Shown piece by piece: positions 1 through 8,521 of a stretch of 64,000 nucleotides of DNA. Location: the sequence record MG655267.1; one strand, 5' to 3'. Both the position numbers and the translations under genes were made by a program. The notes beneath the pieces were generated by a model that saw only the letters and a program-made list of their open reading frames with translations, did not search any database and was not told the origin of the DNA. The first letter of the stretch is position 1, and each line of letters begins with the position of its first letter.

Positions 1-2
1 AA

Positions 3-176
3 CACATGGTAGAGAAGTTCGGGGATGGTGGTTACGCCTGGGAAAGCTACCCGACGTATGCAGCAGTGATGCACGGTGATGCGATCCAACAAGTGAAACA
101 ACAACTGCGCAGTAAAGAAGGAAAGGCGCAGCTCAAAGAGTACGCTGAACTCCACTTTGATGAGTGGGTAGAATAA
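3..176 (+). CDS. Hypothetical protein, 3' part only (runs in from left edge)
   Basis: Open frame from window start (HMVEKFGDGG...HFDEWVE) to TAA at 174-176, followed by a terminator hairpin. Confidence 0.55.
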   Translation, partial: HMVEKFGDGGYAWESYPTYAAVMHGDAIQQVKQQLRSKEGKAQLKEYAELHFDEWVE

Positions 177-184
177 GCTACGTG

Positions 185-213
185 GCCGGAGGTAATCCTC
201 CGGCTGTTATGCC
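185..213 (+). terminator. Hairpin terminator followed by TTATGCC motif
   Basis: GCCGGAG/CTCCGGC stem, TTATGCC at 207-213, T-rich run after. Confidence 0.7.
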
Positions 214-336
214 TGTTCTTTCTTCTTTGTAATTCCCAACACATTCGGTCTTTGTTATACAAAGGCTATAATCTTTGTCCCGAGCTAAGGGTAACGTGAA
301 CAGTTATGCTGGCTTACTTTTTAAAGGTATCTTTTC

Positions 337-867
337 ATGGATGGTTTATTTAATCTCTCCTCATGGCAATCGCTTTTACTTGTGGTAGTCGTACTCCTAC
401 TGTGGGCGTATTACCAACGACTTCAACACCTGCGTCGTAAGTATCATCGTCGTAATGAACGCATGATGGCGCAGAGCGTGGTCATGACATCCCGGCTGTT
501 ACTGAGTACCTTCTCGGAGATTGTGGAACGCGCTAAAGAGGAGGACATCTACCAGCGTGATCCTAACTCCCCGATTGCGGCAGACCGGGCCAGTGCGATG
601 GCCTGCTCCTCCATCTTCAGTGGGTTGTATAACCTGGTTGTGGTGCCCGTCACCACCCTTGATCCGGTGTTCAACGATTTATTGATTACCGGTACTGAGC
701 GGGAAGATGTTGAGGAAGGGGTCTTTGTGTCGTTTTATTTGGGTGAACAGCGTAATGATGTGGTTAGGCATTTTATACCCGACCGGTCGTTACAGGCCTT
801 TATCACCCAAACGCGTGCCTTCAGTGCTTACCTGCGACAGGCTGCGAATACAAAACCACCACAATGA
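337..867 (+). CDS. Single-pass membrane protein, hypothetical
   Basis: 176 aa; N-terminal hydrophobic helix followed by a basic stretch. Confidence 0.75.
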   Translation: MDGLFNLSSWQSLLLVVVVLLLWAYYQRLQHLRRKYHRRNERMMAQSVVMTSRLLLSTFSEIVERAKEEDIYQRDPNSPIAADRASAMACSSIFSGLYNLVVVPVTTLDPVFNDLLITGTEREDVEEGVFVSFYLGEQRNDVVRHFIPDRSLQAFITQTRAFSAYLRQAANTKPPQ

Positions 868-875
868 GGTGACAC

Positions 876-1406
876 ATGACCAATTATGGTTTTCTGCTGA
901 ACACAGTACTTCTGGCTTTTCTTATTTGGTTTGGTTACCGACTGCACACGTTGGTAAACAACAGCGAGAAAGCCACCCTCGCCGCTGATCATAACGCCAA
1001 GCTGCGCTTCCTGACCTATGCAGCCCGGCAGATAATGAGTGACTTGTATACGTCGCTCAATCTTCCGACGCTCACCGGGTGTGCGAAGATGTATCTACGC
1101 GATGACGGCAAGCTTGATAATATTGAAGTCATTATGCGACTCTTCATGAAAACCCATAATGAGATTATTACCAAGCTCTCCGAGGGATTGGTGTCGGATC
1201 ATTTGAAGATCACCGATGTTAAAGTTACCCATGATCTGGTGACCAACGAAGTGCTCATCACACTCTTGTATCCGAATAAAGTCACTGACATCCTGGTCTT
1301 CCATCATAACCACCTGGCGCAGGCGATCTACCAACTGGATCGATTGCAGCATCGGCTCTCAACGTTCCACAAAGCGGTGCCGAACCGCGACCTGTACCAA
1401 CTCTAA
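876..1406 (+). CDS. Single-pass membrane protein, hypothetical (possible paralogue of 337..867)
   Basis: 176 aa; GAGG SD; N-terminal TM helix; same size and architecture as the upstream gene. Confidence 0.75.
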   Translation: MTNYGFLLNTVLLAFLIWFGYRLHTLVNNSEKATLAADHNAKLRFLTYAARQIMSDLYTSLNLPTLTGCAKMYLRDDGKLDNIEVIMRLFMKTHNEIITKLSEGLVSDHLKITDVKVTHDLVTNEVLITLLYPNKVTDILVFHHNHLAQAIYQLDRLQHRLSTFHKAVPNRDLYQL

Positions 1407-1410
1407 ACCA

Positions 1411-1438
1411 AGGGAGGGCTTCGGCTCTCCCTTATGCC
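1411..1438 (+). terminator. UUCG hairpin terminator + TTATGCC
   Basis: AGGGAGGGC-TTCG-GCTCTCCCT then TTATGCC. Confidence 0.75.
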
Positions 1439-1526
1439 ACCCGTTCTTCTTTTTTGGTTATTACTATGAATTGCAAGATTCACCACGTAGTTCGTTTCAC
1501 TTATTAACCCCTAAAGAGGAATAGTC

Positions 1527-3449
1527 ATGACAGATAGCACTACAGCGCAGAGCCCGACCGTGACGTTAGACCAAGTCATCGCGTCAGGCGGCCAGATTGT
1601 CTTCCTGGACAATGGGCAACTGAAAAGCTTTCCTGTCTCTCAGATCACTGACTTACTGAAAAGCGGCATGTCTACTGATGTGTTGGGTCAGGCTGATTCT
1701 CTGAGTATGTTTGGTCAGGTGGAGTCGTTCGAGGCTCTACGTAAGCTTAAGCCACAGAAAGAAGGTGCACGCATCTCTCTTCGTGGTTGGAACAAAGGCA
1801 GTTGTCTGGGTGGTGGTGAGTTCATTGGTCATCTCGTAACCAAAGAGCTTAAAGCCCGTCCAGACGATGGCGGCATGATTGCAGCCGGTAGCGGGTTCTT
1901 CTGGGAACGTGTGTGCTCAGATTGCGGGCAAATGAATGTCACTCACTTCGGTGCGCTTCCTGGCGCAACTGCAGCGACTGATTGCGTGCCAGCAATGACC
2001 GCCATGCTGAACTGGAGTAATGCCAACGCTGTTGGTTTAGGAATTCAATTCCCAGCCGGTACTTTCTTCGCTTCCAGTTTAAAGTTCACCAAAGAGATCG
2101 GGTATTTCCGTATCGCCGGTAATCACATCAACTTTGGTTATTTTGCTAACACGGTATTGGTGAGTGACACTACTGAAAACTTTATGTTGGATGTTGCGGC
2201 CCGTCGGGTTGAGTTGGCAAATATCATCTTCCGCGGTGTGAGTACTACTGAGAAGCCGAATAAGAAAGGGATCTTTAATAACATCGTCATTGGTGGTCAG
2301 TACTTCAACATGACCTGTGTGCGGTTTGAGAAAATCGGCGGGACCTGTGTTAATCTGATCGATACTCTCGATACCAAGATGACACAATGGTACGCGTCAC
2401 AATGTACTGGTGATGTGATCGTTAACAAATGGTCCGATCGTCAGGCAGGTGGCTGGAACCATACCACTGCTGTTGAAATGACCAACTTTAACATCCAGAA
2501 GTGTGTTGGTGGTAAAGTGTTTGACATGCAGCGCTGCGCTCAGTCGTTTATCACTAATGGCTGGATCGAGCACTGTGATGATCCAGGCGACCTGTCTAAT
2601 GGTCAATGGACGGTAAATGGCCTGAGTATCGAAGATTGTAAGAAACCATTGAAGGCCTCTTACGCTCGCTTTATTGAAATTCAGCGTAACCTGCAGTCCG
2701 GGTCACGGATCGACTACTCCATTGACCCAGAGCTCGAAGAGTGGCTGAGTGAATGGGAACGCGGTCGTCTGGATATCGCCAACCACGGTATCTTCATCGA
2801 CGGTACCTTAGAGCCGGGTACGATCATGTCTCGCAACAAGCTGAGCAACAGCAGCGACAAAGCGAAATGGTTCCGGGTCGGTACCTGGTACAGCCCATCT
2901 GAAGGCGACTCCATTGACATCAACTTGGTCGGCACAGGTAACTTCCTGTCGGTCGCACCAAAGCTTGATGATATCGATGGCGTGCGTCAAGGTGGCGGTA
3001 ACACCCTGATCCGTGTGCAGTTGAAGAAAGACTCCGTAGGTGCGACCTTAGAACCACATGGTTCAAGCCCCCTGCAAGCGGCGAAGATTGCCAAAGTCGG
3101 TGCCGGTAAGTTTGTGATCTACGCCCAGCTGAAACCGTATACCCGTAATGTGATCCCGGTGATTGTTGCAACCGGTGCCACGCACTACGAAGCCGGTGTC
3201 TCTTATTACTTCCGTCCGGCGATTGCCTCGATGAGTGATGAAGAGATCGCAGCAGTGCCGGATGCGGTGATGATTGCTGAACAGTGGTCGCTCGGTCAAC
3301 TGGCCGGTGTGGGCGCCACTAACGAAGGTAACCTGATGCTGAAGAGTAAGATCGTTAACGATCACTTGCAGGTACAGGTCATGGTTAGCCAAGCACAATG
3401 GGCGAAACCAGAACTTCGTTATATCGAGCTGAAGAAAGAAGCCAAGTAA
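1527..3449 (+). CDS. Tailspike / exopolysaccharide depolymerase-like protein (probable beta-helix)
   Basis: Tailspike-type N-terminal motifs (GGGEF, DDGG..IA, VTHFGA) followed by a long Asn/Gly/Ile-rich beta-strand region typical of pectin-lyase-like folds. Confidence 0.65.
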   Translation: MTDSTTAQSPTVTLDQVIASGGQIVFLDNGQLKSFPVSQITDLLKSGMSTDVLGQADSLSMFGQVESFEALRKLKPQKEGARISLRGWNKGSCLGGGEFIGHLVTKELKARPDDGGMIAAGSGFFWERVCSDCGQMNVTHFGALPGATAATDCVPAMTAMLNWSNANAVGLGIQFPAGTFFASSLKFTKEIGYFRIAGNHINFGYFANTVLVSDTTENFMLDVAARRVELANIIFRGVSTTEKPNKKGIFNNIVIGGQYFNMTCVRFEKIGGTCVNLIDTLDTKMTQWYASQCTGDVIVNKWSDRQAGGWNHTTAVEMTNFNIQKCVGGKVFDMQRCAQSFITNGWIEHCDDPGDLSNGQWTVNGLSIEDCKKPLKASYARFIEIQRNLQSGSRIDYSIDPELEEWLSEWERGRLDIANHGIFIDGTLEPGTIMSRNKLSNSSDKAKWFRVGTWYSPSEGDSIDINLVGTGNFLSVAPKLDDIDGVRQGGGNTLIRVQLKKDSVGATLEPHGSSPLQAAKIAKVGAGKFVIYAQLKPYTRNVIPVIVATGATHYEAGVSYYFRPAIASMSDEEIAAVPDAVMIAEQWSLGQLAGVGATNEGNLMLKSKIVNDHLQVQVMVSQAQWAKPELRYIELKKEAK

Positions 3450-3474
3450 GGCAAGCGCGTTATACCGCTAACTG

Positions 3475-3503
3475 GAGGAGGGGATTCCCCTCCTCTTTAT
3501 GCC
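3475..3503 (+). terminator. Hairpin terminator + TTATGCC
   Basis: GAGGAGGGG-ATT-CCCCTCCTC then TTATGCC. Confidence 0.75.
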
Positions 3504-3520
3504 GCCCTAGATTTTACCAG

Positions 3521-3540
3521 ACCTATATTACCCTTGTGAT
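3521..3540 (+). promoter_or_regulatory. Putative early (virion RNAP) promoter
   Basis: ACCTATATTAC-CCTT-GTGAT; core matches the phiKZ early consensus TATATTAC; intergenic. Confidence 0.7.
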
Positions 3541-3623
3541 CTCTGTAGAAATAAACGGAATCACCCAGTCTTATAACCCGCTGACCAAACCGAGTGTCGG
3601 CTAAACAAAGAAGAGGAAATACC

Positions 3624-4325
3624 ATGACTACCCGTAAGATTGCCCGCTTAGACAAACTCGCTAAATTTGTGAACGACAATTTTGATCGTGATTACAACCT
3701 GCCCTTTGCGATCGAGATCGAACAGCATGAAGATAAATGGCACGGCACTCGATACAGTCTCAACCTGACTCAGCCAGAGTGTGACGGCAGTCCAGTAAAA
3801 ACGTTATTCCGTTCGAAGGTGTTGCCGGCTGAATTCGTTGGTGATCGGTTTACACGGCTAGAAGGTAGTGTGGCCGGGATGGCGCCCGGGATCGAACTCC
3901 TGGGGCAAGTTGCCTGGTACTGGATGTTATCAGAGGCAAACGACACTGATCGCGAATTGGGCGTGCAGGTGGCGTTGATGGCCTGGGATGCCTGGACACT
4001 GGCAACCGCCATATTTGATGGCTCTAAGGCCCGTGATCTCTTCGAGCGTGACGATTTCCTTTGCCCTGGTGTAACACTGAATCAGCACGTCCTGTGCGAA
4101 AAGTTTGTCAGCATTGACCGCGAAGTATGGCTAAAGCGTCGCACTAAACTGCTCGATAATGCGGTGGTTATTGAAAGTCGCTGGACCTTCGTAAAACAAT
4201 ATATCGGGGCAGGTGGCCTGGGTCATGAAGAGAAACACACTGTCGCCGAGGTTACCAAACGCAGGCAAGCACCGGCGCCTTTTGAAATTATCTTTAAGGC
4301 CAAATCGTCTCCTTTTAATCCATGA
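3624..4325 (+). CDS. Hypothetical protein
   Basis: ORF; start moved to the ATG after the GAGGA SD. Confidence 0.75.
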   Translation: MTTRKIARLDKLAKFVNDNFDRDYNLPFAIEIEQHEDKWHGTRYSLNLTQPECDGSPVKTLFRSKVLPAEFVGDRFTRLEGSVAGMAPGIELLGQVAWYWMLSEANDTDRELGVQVALMAWDAWTLATAIFDGSKARDLFERDDFLCPGVTLNQHVLCEKFVSIDREVWLKRRTKLLDNAVVIESRWTFVKQYIGAGGLGHEEKHTVAEVTKRRQAPAPFEIIFKAKSSPFNP

Positions 4326-4386
4326 GAATGAGGAGGGGGTTTCGACCTCCTCCATTATTGCTATTTTAAGTTGCAGAAAATCTAAC

Positions 4387-4406
4387 GCCTACATTACTAA
4401 TGGGAT
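4387..4406 (+). promoter_or_regulatory. Putative early promoter
   Basis: GCCTACATTAC-TAAT-GGGAT, intergenic. Confidence 0.6.
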
Positions 4407-4442
4407 AGGCCTGATCAACAATTCTAATTAAGGGAATTTGTA

Positions 4443-4913
4443 ATGAGTGAAATCACGTTTAAAGACGCGCGGTATTACGACCTGATTACCAAAGAACAAT
4501 TGCAGCCTGGACACACCATTCTGTTGAGCCTCAAAGGGCAACCAGCGGGCGTCATGACCCCAGCAGTACAGTGGACTAAAGACAACCTGGAAAACGCGGT
4601 CGTGGTGTACGGTACGGTTGACGATCTGCAATCAATCCGTAAAGAGATCAGCAGTTGCGATCAACCGGTAGCTGTGGTCCTTACCGGCGGCTACCACGCA
4701 ACGTATGAACTTACTCACTGGGCGCGGGAAAACCACGTAGTCGTGTTCCTGGCTTCAGATGCCGATGCACCGCGTCCACGTTATGCAGTACTGCTCGGTA
4801 CCTGTCTGATCCAGCTGACTTATGACCAGACTGGTCGGGTGAGCTCTGCTACCGCCATTCGTAATCAAGCAACCGCATCAGGCTGGGTGATCGACTTCAC
4901 CGCTGACGCATAA
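4443..4913 (+). CDS. Hypothetical protein
   Basis: 156-aa ORF, phage-like codon use. Confidence 0.75.
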   Translation: MSEITFKDARYYDLITKEQLQPGHTILLSLKGQPAGVMTPAVQWTKDNLENAVVVYGTVDDLQSIRKEISSCDQPVAVVLTGGYHATYELTHWARENHVVVFLASDADAPRPRYAVLLGTCLIQLTYDQTGRVSSATAIRNQATASGWVIDFTADA

Positions 4914-4952
4914 TCCTTTATTCATCCAATTAATTTAACCTGAGGTAATATC

Positions 4953-5558
4953 ATGCAACTTCATCAATACGTCGCCCTCTTACTCGGTGTGGGTTTAATC
5001 ACGATCATTCTCGTTATGCTGGTCGGCTGGCTCGTGCTTGAGAACCAACGCAAATACGCTGCATTCCAACGGGTGCGTTACGAAAACATGCTGCGCTATC
5101 GCCTGACTGATTTCAGCAACCAGGTGACGGCAGATCTCTCGGCCATGTTCCTGCGCTATTTACTCTCCCCGCGGGTTGGTGGTACTGAGCGGGTGAGTGT
5201 AGAGGCAATAGCCGGTACCGTCCAGGGTATGCTGCAAGCGATCGCTGCTCACCACAACCATGAGTTTAAAAGCTCAGAGGTCGGTGATACGTTACTGGGT
5301 CTGTTGATTAAAGAGGTCTCTTATGAAACACAGAGCGACCGCATCATCTTTACCTTGACACGTCCAGGTGCCACGAACCTCACTTATACTCTGACACACC
5401 CCGAAGCGTACGGTTCGATGCTCTGCTGTGAGCTGGAAGACTATCGCATGCGTCTGCGTGACCGCGCAACCCTGCAGATCAAGCGTGAGCTCGATCAGGC
5501 ACCGCAAACGTATAAAGCCGCCTTCCCTAACTCGGAGCGGATTAATACCACTGCGTAA
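4953..5558 (+). CDS. Single-pass membrane protein, hypothetical
   Basis: GAGGT SD; N-terminal TM helix. Confidence 0.75.
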   Translation: MQLHQYVALLLGVGLITIILVMLVGWLVLENQRKYAAFQRVRYENMLRYRLTDFSNQVTADLSAMFLRYLLSPRVGGTERVSVEAIAGTVQGMLQAIAAHHNHEFKSSEVGDTLLGLLIKEVSYETQSDRIIFTLTRPGATNLTYTLTHPEAYGSMLCCELEDYRMRLRDRATLQIKRELDQAPQTYKAAFPNSERINTTA

Positions 5559-5657
5559 TAAATGGGAGGCTTTGCCTCCCTTTATTTTTTGTCATTGTAG
5601 TAAATGTGTACAACTTAACTAAATCATTTAGTAAACGTAAAAAGGAAAGTCAACATC

Positions 5658-5954
5658 ATGTCAAACGAAGCCATTCTGAAAGCCCTGGAAACCATTGCCA
5701 CTACATACCCAAAAGTTGAGGTGGTGTCGATTGGTGGGATTATCGCCTGCTTCGGCACGATGAAAGATGGAAAGGTAGAAACCACGGTGTTTGGCAATCT
5801 GCCCGAGTTCACTGTCGCCAATGTGAAGAAGCTTTACAACGCGAAGTGGTCACAACGTCAATTGGGTTATATGTACGGTACATCACAGGCCCAGATCGCT
5901 AACTTCATGAAGAACCGTGAGGTTAACGTTCCCAATACGGTAAAAGGTTATTAG
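5658..5954 (+). CDS. Small protein with C-terminal helix-turn-helix
   Basis: WSQRQLGYMYGTSQAQIANFM fits an HTH pattern. Confidence 0.55.
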   Translation: MSNEAILKALETIATTYPKVEVVSIGGIIACFGTMKDGKVETTVFGNLPEFTVANVKKLYNAKWSQRQLGYMYGTSQAQIANFMKNREVNVPNTVKGY

Positions 5955-5955
5955 C

Positions 5956-6246
5956 ATGAAATGGTACGAACGACTGGTCGAGAGCACGGTGCTGCGGTTT
6001 ATGGCAACCTTCCTCTTAGCCTGCTTGTGGTCCCTGCTCCTTTTAAGCCAATGCTCGTTAGCGCTCGATCTCACCTTAAGCGTGATCTCTCTGGTGATCG
6101 TGTATAACCTGCGGGATTTCTTAAAGGACTTGCACCACGGTGTTTCAACCCGTCATGACTTTGCAGGGTGGTTTGTGCTGAACGCTGCTGGTATGGCACT
6201 GCTTTCGGCAATCATTAACGCCCTGTTCATCTTACATAGACTCTAG
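5956..6246 (+). CDS. Small multi-pass membrane protein
   Basis: 96 aa with about three hydrophobic segments. Confidence 0.65.
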   Translation: MKWYERLVESTVLRFMATFLLACLWSLLLLSQCSLALDLTLSVISLVIVYNLRDFLKDLHHGVSTRHDFAGWFVLNAAGMALLSAIINALFILHRL

Positions 6247-6254
6247 GAGCTCTC

Positions 6255-6836
6255 ATGTCAAAGAAACTCGATACCCGTAAAAGTATGTTTCTGGCCTTGG
6301 TGTTACGTCACCGTCCTGAAGAGATCGGAATTACCCTGGATGAGAACGGCTGGGTCAAAGTCAGCGAAGTGATCACTGGGTTCACCTTTACCGGGCGTGG
6401 GCTCTCATTACCTGAGCTTGAGATCATCGTTGAGACGGATGAGAAGAAGCGTTACCAGCTCTCTGACGACAAGTGCTATATCCGGGCCGTGCAGGGGCAT
6501 TCTCACGAGAGCGTGATGAACATGCAGCTGGAAGTGGCGACACCGCCAAAGTACTTGTATCACGGCACCCAACAGATCTCCTGTGAATCGATCGAGCGAC
6601 AAGGGATCTTGCGCCTTAAACGTTTATATGTCCACCTAACGGATGACATCGAAGCGGCTTGGCGCGCAGCAACTCGTAAACGAACAGCCGGTGCAGTCTA
6701 CCGAATCGACACCGAGAAGATGACGCGGATGGGCCATGTGTTCTATCGCGCTGAGAACGGGGTCTGGCTGGCGAAGCGCATTCCTTTCTCAGTCATTGAG
6801 ATGGTTGATGCACATGACGAAGAAACAAGTACCTGA
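6255..6836 (+). CDS. kptA: RNA 2'-phosphotransferase (Tpt1/KptA family)
   Basis: LRH..EIGITLDENGW, IRAVQGHS, YLYHGT, KRLYVHLT, NGVWL motifs. Confidence 0.92.
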   Translation: MSKKLDTRKSMFLALVLRHRPEEIGITLDENGWVKVSEVITGFTFTGRGLSLPELEIIVETDEKKRYQLSDDKCYIRAVQGHSHESVMNMQLEVATPPKYLYHGTQQISCESIERQGILRLKRLYVHLTDDIEAAWRAATRKRTAGAVYRIDTEKMTRMGHVFYRAENGVWLAKRIPFSVIEMVDAHDEETST

Positions 6837-7098
6837 GTGGTGGCACGTCCCCATGTTACCCATTGGGTTCATGATGATTTGGGTAGGATATGTAATAGGT
6901 GGGCAGTTCCTCAGTTTCTGGGGGTGTATCTGTGTCACGTTGATTTGTGGTGGGGTTTCGTACCAGCACTGCATGCGCTCAACCAAGTATCGCAAAAATT
7001 CCGTAAGCTGGTTTATCTGTTGGAATGCTTACGGTATCATCGCGTGTTTGGGTATTGGGTTTATGGTAGCGGCAATTTATCTAGGCGGAGTCAAATAA
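6814..7098 (+). CDS. Small multi-pass membrane protein
   Basis: ATG at 6814; three hydrophobic segments. Confidence 0.65.
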   Translation: MTKKQVPEWWHVPMLPIGFMMIWVGYVIGGQFLSFWGCICVTLICGGVSYQHCMRSTKYRKNSVSWFICWNAYGIIACLGIGFMVAAIYLGGVK

Positions 7099-7371
7099 GT
7101 GAAAAGTAAAACAGGCAGTAAGTTAACACGCACGTTGTTATTTTGTTTTGGTGCTTACATCACGGGGATGTTTGCGTTGATGATGATCCTGTCATCACAA
7201 AGCACTGCAGACATCACTGCAGGGAACTATGACAAAATGAGCGTGGATGACTCGCCTGAGTTTATTTTAACAGATCGCAGTAATGGATGTAGATACGTCT
7301 ATGACTCGGTTACCAAAACAGCCCACACTGCAACAGGCTTCGATTACTGTCTGTCGCTAAGGAAAGAATAA
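7099..7371 (+). CDS. Membrane-anchored/exported hypothetical protein
   Basis: Basic N-terminus + TM helix + small domain with two Cys. Confidence 0.65.
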   Translation: MKSKTGSKLTRTLLFCFGAYITGMFALMMILSSQSTADITAGNYDKMSVDDSPEFILTDRSNGCRYVYDSVTKTAHTATGFDYCLSLRKE

Positions 7372-7443
7372 TGGTTCGTGCGTATCGACACTCTGAGCTG
7401 CTACGATGGCCGCATCCCGCGGCCCGCACTCGGAGTTCGTTCT

Positions 7444-7671
7444 ATGTCTATTGCAGTCAACCGTCACCACGCTAAACGTTTAAAGGCCAAACGTAAACAT
7501 TACTGGAACGTCGGCGGGAAACGCCAGAACAACAAGGCGGTGGGAATTATCTTCCATACCCCGTGTAAATGCAGCTGCACCATGTGCGGTAACCAACGCA
7601 AGCATTGGGGTCGCCCGATCCAGGAAGTGAAACAAGCGGCCCGTTTTAGTGATACGGTCACTGACATTTAA
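7444..7671 (+). CDS. Small basic Cys-rich protein (TPCKCSCTMCGNQRK motif; probable metal binding)
   Basis: GGAG SD at 7432, ATG at 7444; CxCxxC cluster. Confidence 0.7.
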   Translation: MSIAVNRHHAKRLKAKRKHYWNVGGKRQNNKAVGIIFHTPCKCSCTMCGNQRKHWGRPIQEVKQAARFSDTVTDI

Positions 7672-7719
7672 CCATGCAAGGGGAGTTGTTGGCTCCCCTT
7701 CTTTATTTGAGGAATCCGC

Positions 7720-8085
7720 ATGAAACGCGGCTACCCATCAGGCCAGCCGATTGAAGTCGAAGTCGGTGGAGTCATGTACCAATTTAATCCCCTTGAAAAC
7801 ATGCTGGCTGATCTGCGTGCCAATAAGTTGATCATCGTGTGTTGCAGTAATAAGAAGCGTGCCATTACCGATATCTGGATGTGTGATGCCGAGATCGACT
7901 ACTCGACGCAGTCACGCATGGAACACATCTTGGTCAGTGATCGTTGCAAGCAGTTCACCAAAGACTACGCCTTAACGCGAGTGGTGGATGTTGATAGCCG
8001 GTCATTGACGATTGCCGGGCCAGATAAAAAGATGCTGTCGATGGTGATCATGGGGGATACCCTCTACGCCGTTAAGCCAAGTTAA
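7720..8085 (+). CDS. Hypothetical protein
   Basis: GAGGA SD; 121-aa ORF. Confidence 0.7.
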   Translation: MKRGYPSGQPIEVEVGGVMYQFNPLENMLADLRANKLIIVCCSNKKRAITDIWMCDAEIDYSTQSRMEHILVSDRCKQFTKDYALTRVVDVDSRSLTIAGPDKKMLSMVIMGDTLYAVKPS

Positions 8086-8108
8086 CAGAACAGCGGTTGG
8101 GAGCCTCT

Positions 8109-8210
8109 ATGAACAATGTTTGGCTTTTAGTAATGGCCCTTATCTATACAGCAGGGCTTATTGCCGCATGCGTGGTCGCACGCATGGCAGTCTTTCATCA
8201 TGTGATCTAA
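8109..8210 (+). CDS. 33-aa hydrophobic peptide (not in ORF track)
   Basis: GGGAG SD; MNNVWLLVMALIYTAGLIAACVVARMAVFHHVI fills the intergenic gap. Confidence 0.55.
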   Translation: MNNVWLLVMALIYTAGLIAACVVARMAVFHHVI

Positions 8211-8219
8211 AGGGCAATT

Positions 8220-8498
8220 ATGAGTAAAGGTACTTTAAAAGGCCTTGGTATGGTGCTGGCGTGTCTTGTGATTGGCGTATTGCTGTTTGTTTTTGCAACC
8301 GCTGTTCAAGCTGCCGATACACCCATTAATCCCCACTGCGTTGCCATCACCAATGACAGTACAATTACCACCCAGTGTGACGACGGTACCGTGGTCATTA
8401 CCAACACTGCAACCTCGACGGTGATGGTGTGTCATGTAAGTAAAGAAACAAAAGGTCTTCCGCAATGCGTGAAAGACCGGGTTGTCATTTCTAATTAA
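8220..8498 (+). CDS. Secreted/periplasmic small protein
   Basis: Signal peptide ending AVQA; four Cys in the mature part. Confidence 0.7.
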   Translation: MSKGTLKGLGMVLACLVIGVLLFVFATAVQAADTPINPHCVAITNDSTITTQCDDGTVVITNTATSTVMVCHVSKETKGLPQCVKDRVVISN

Positions 8499-8521
8499 CG
8501 TTATTCTTCGGAGCTACACAC

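Noticed and set aside
4443-4913. Degenerate P-loop NTPase (also 26986..27525)
   Set aside because: An alpha/beta pattern is suggestive, but there is no Walker A or B consensus.
5956-6246. Holin call for 3-TM proteins, or spanin call for 46292..46699
   Set aside because: Topology alone is insufficient; no adjacent endolysin, no dual-start motif and no nested lipoprotein ORF seen.
7378-7429. Hammerhead ribozyme
   Set aside because: Three-way junction present, but the CUGAnGA and GAAA core motifs are missing from the junction.
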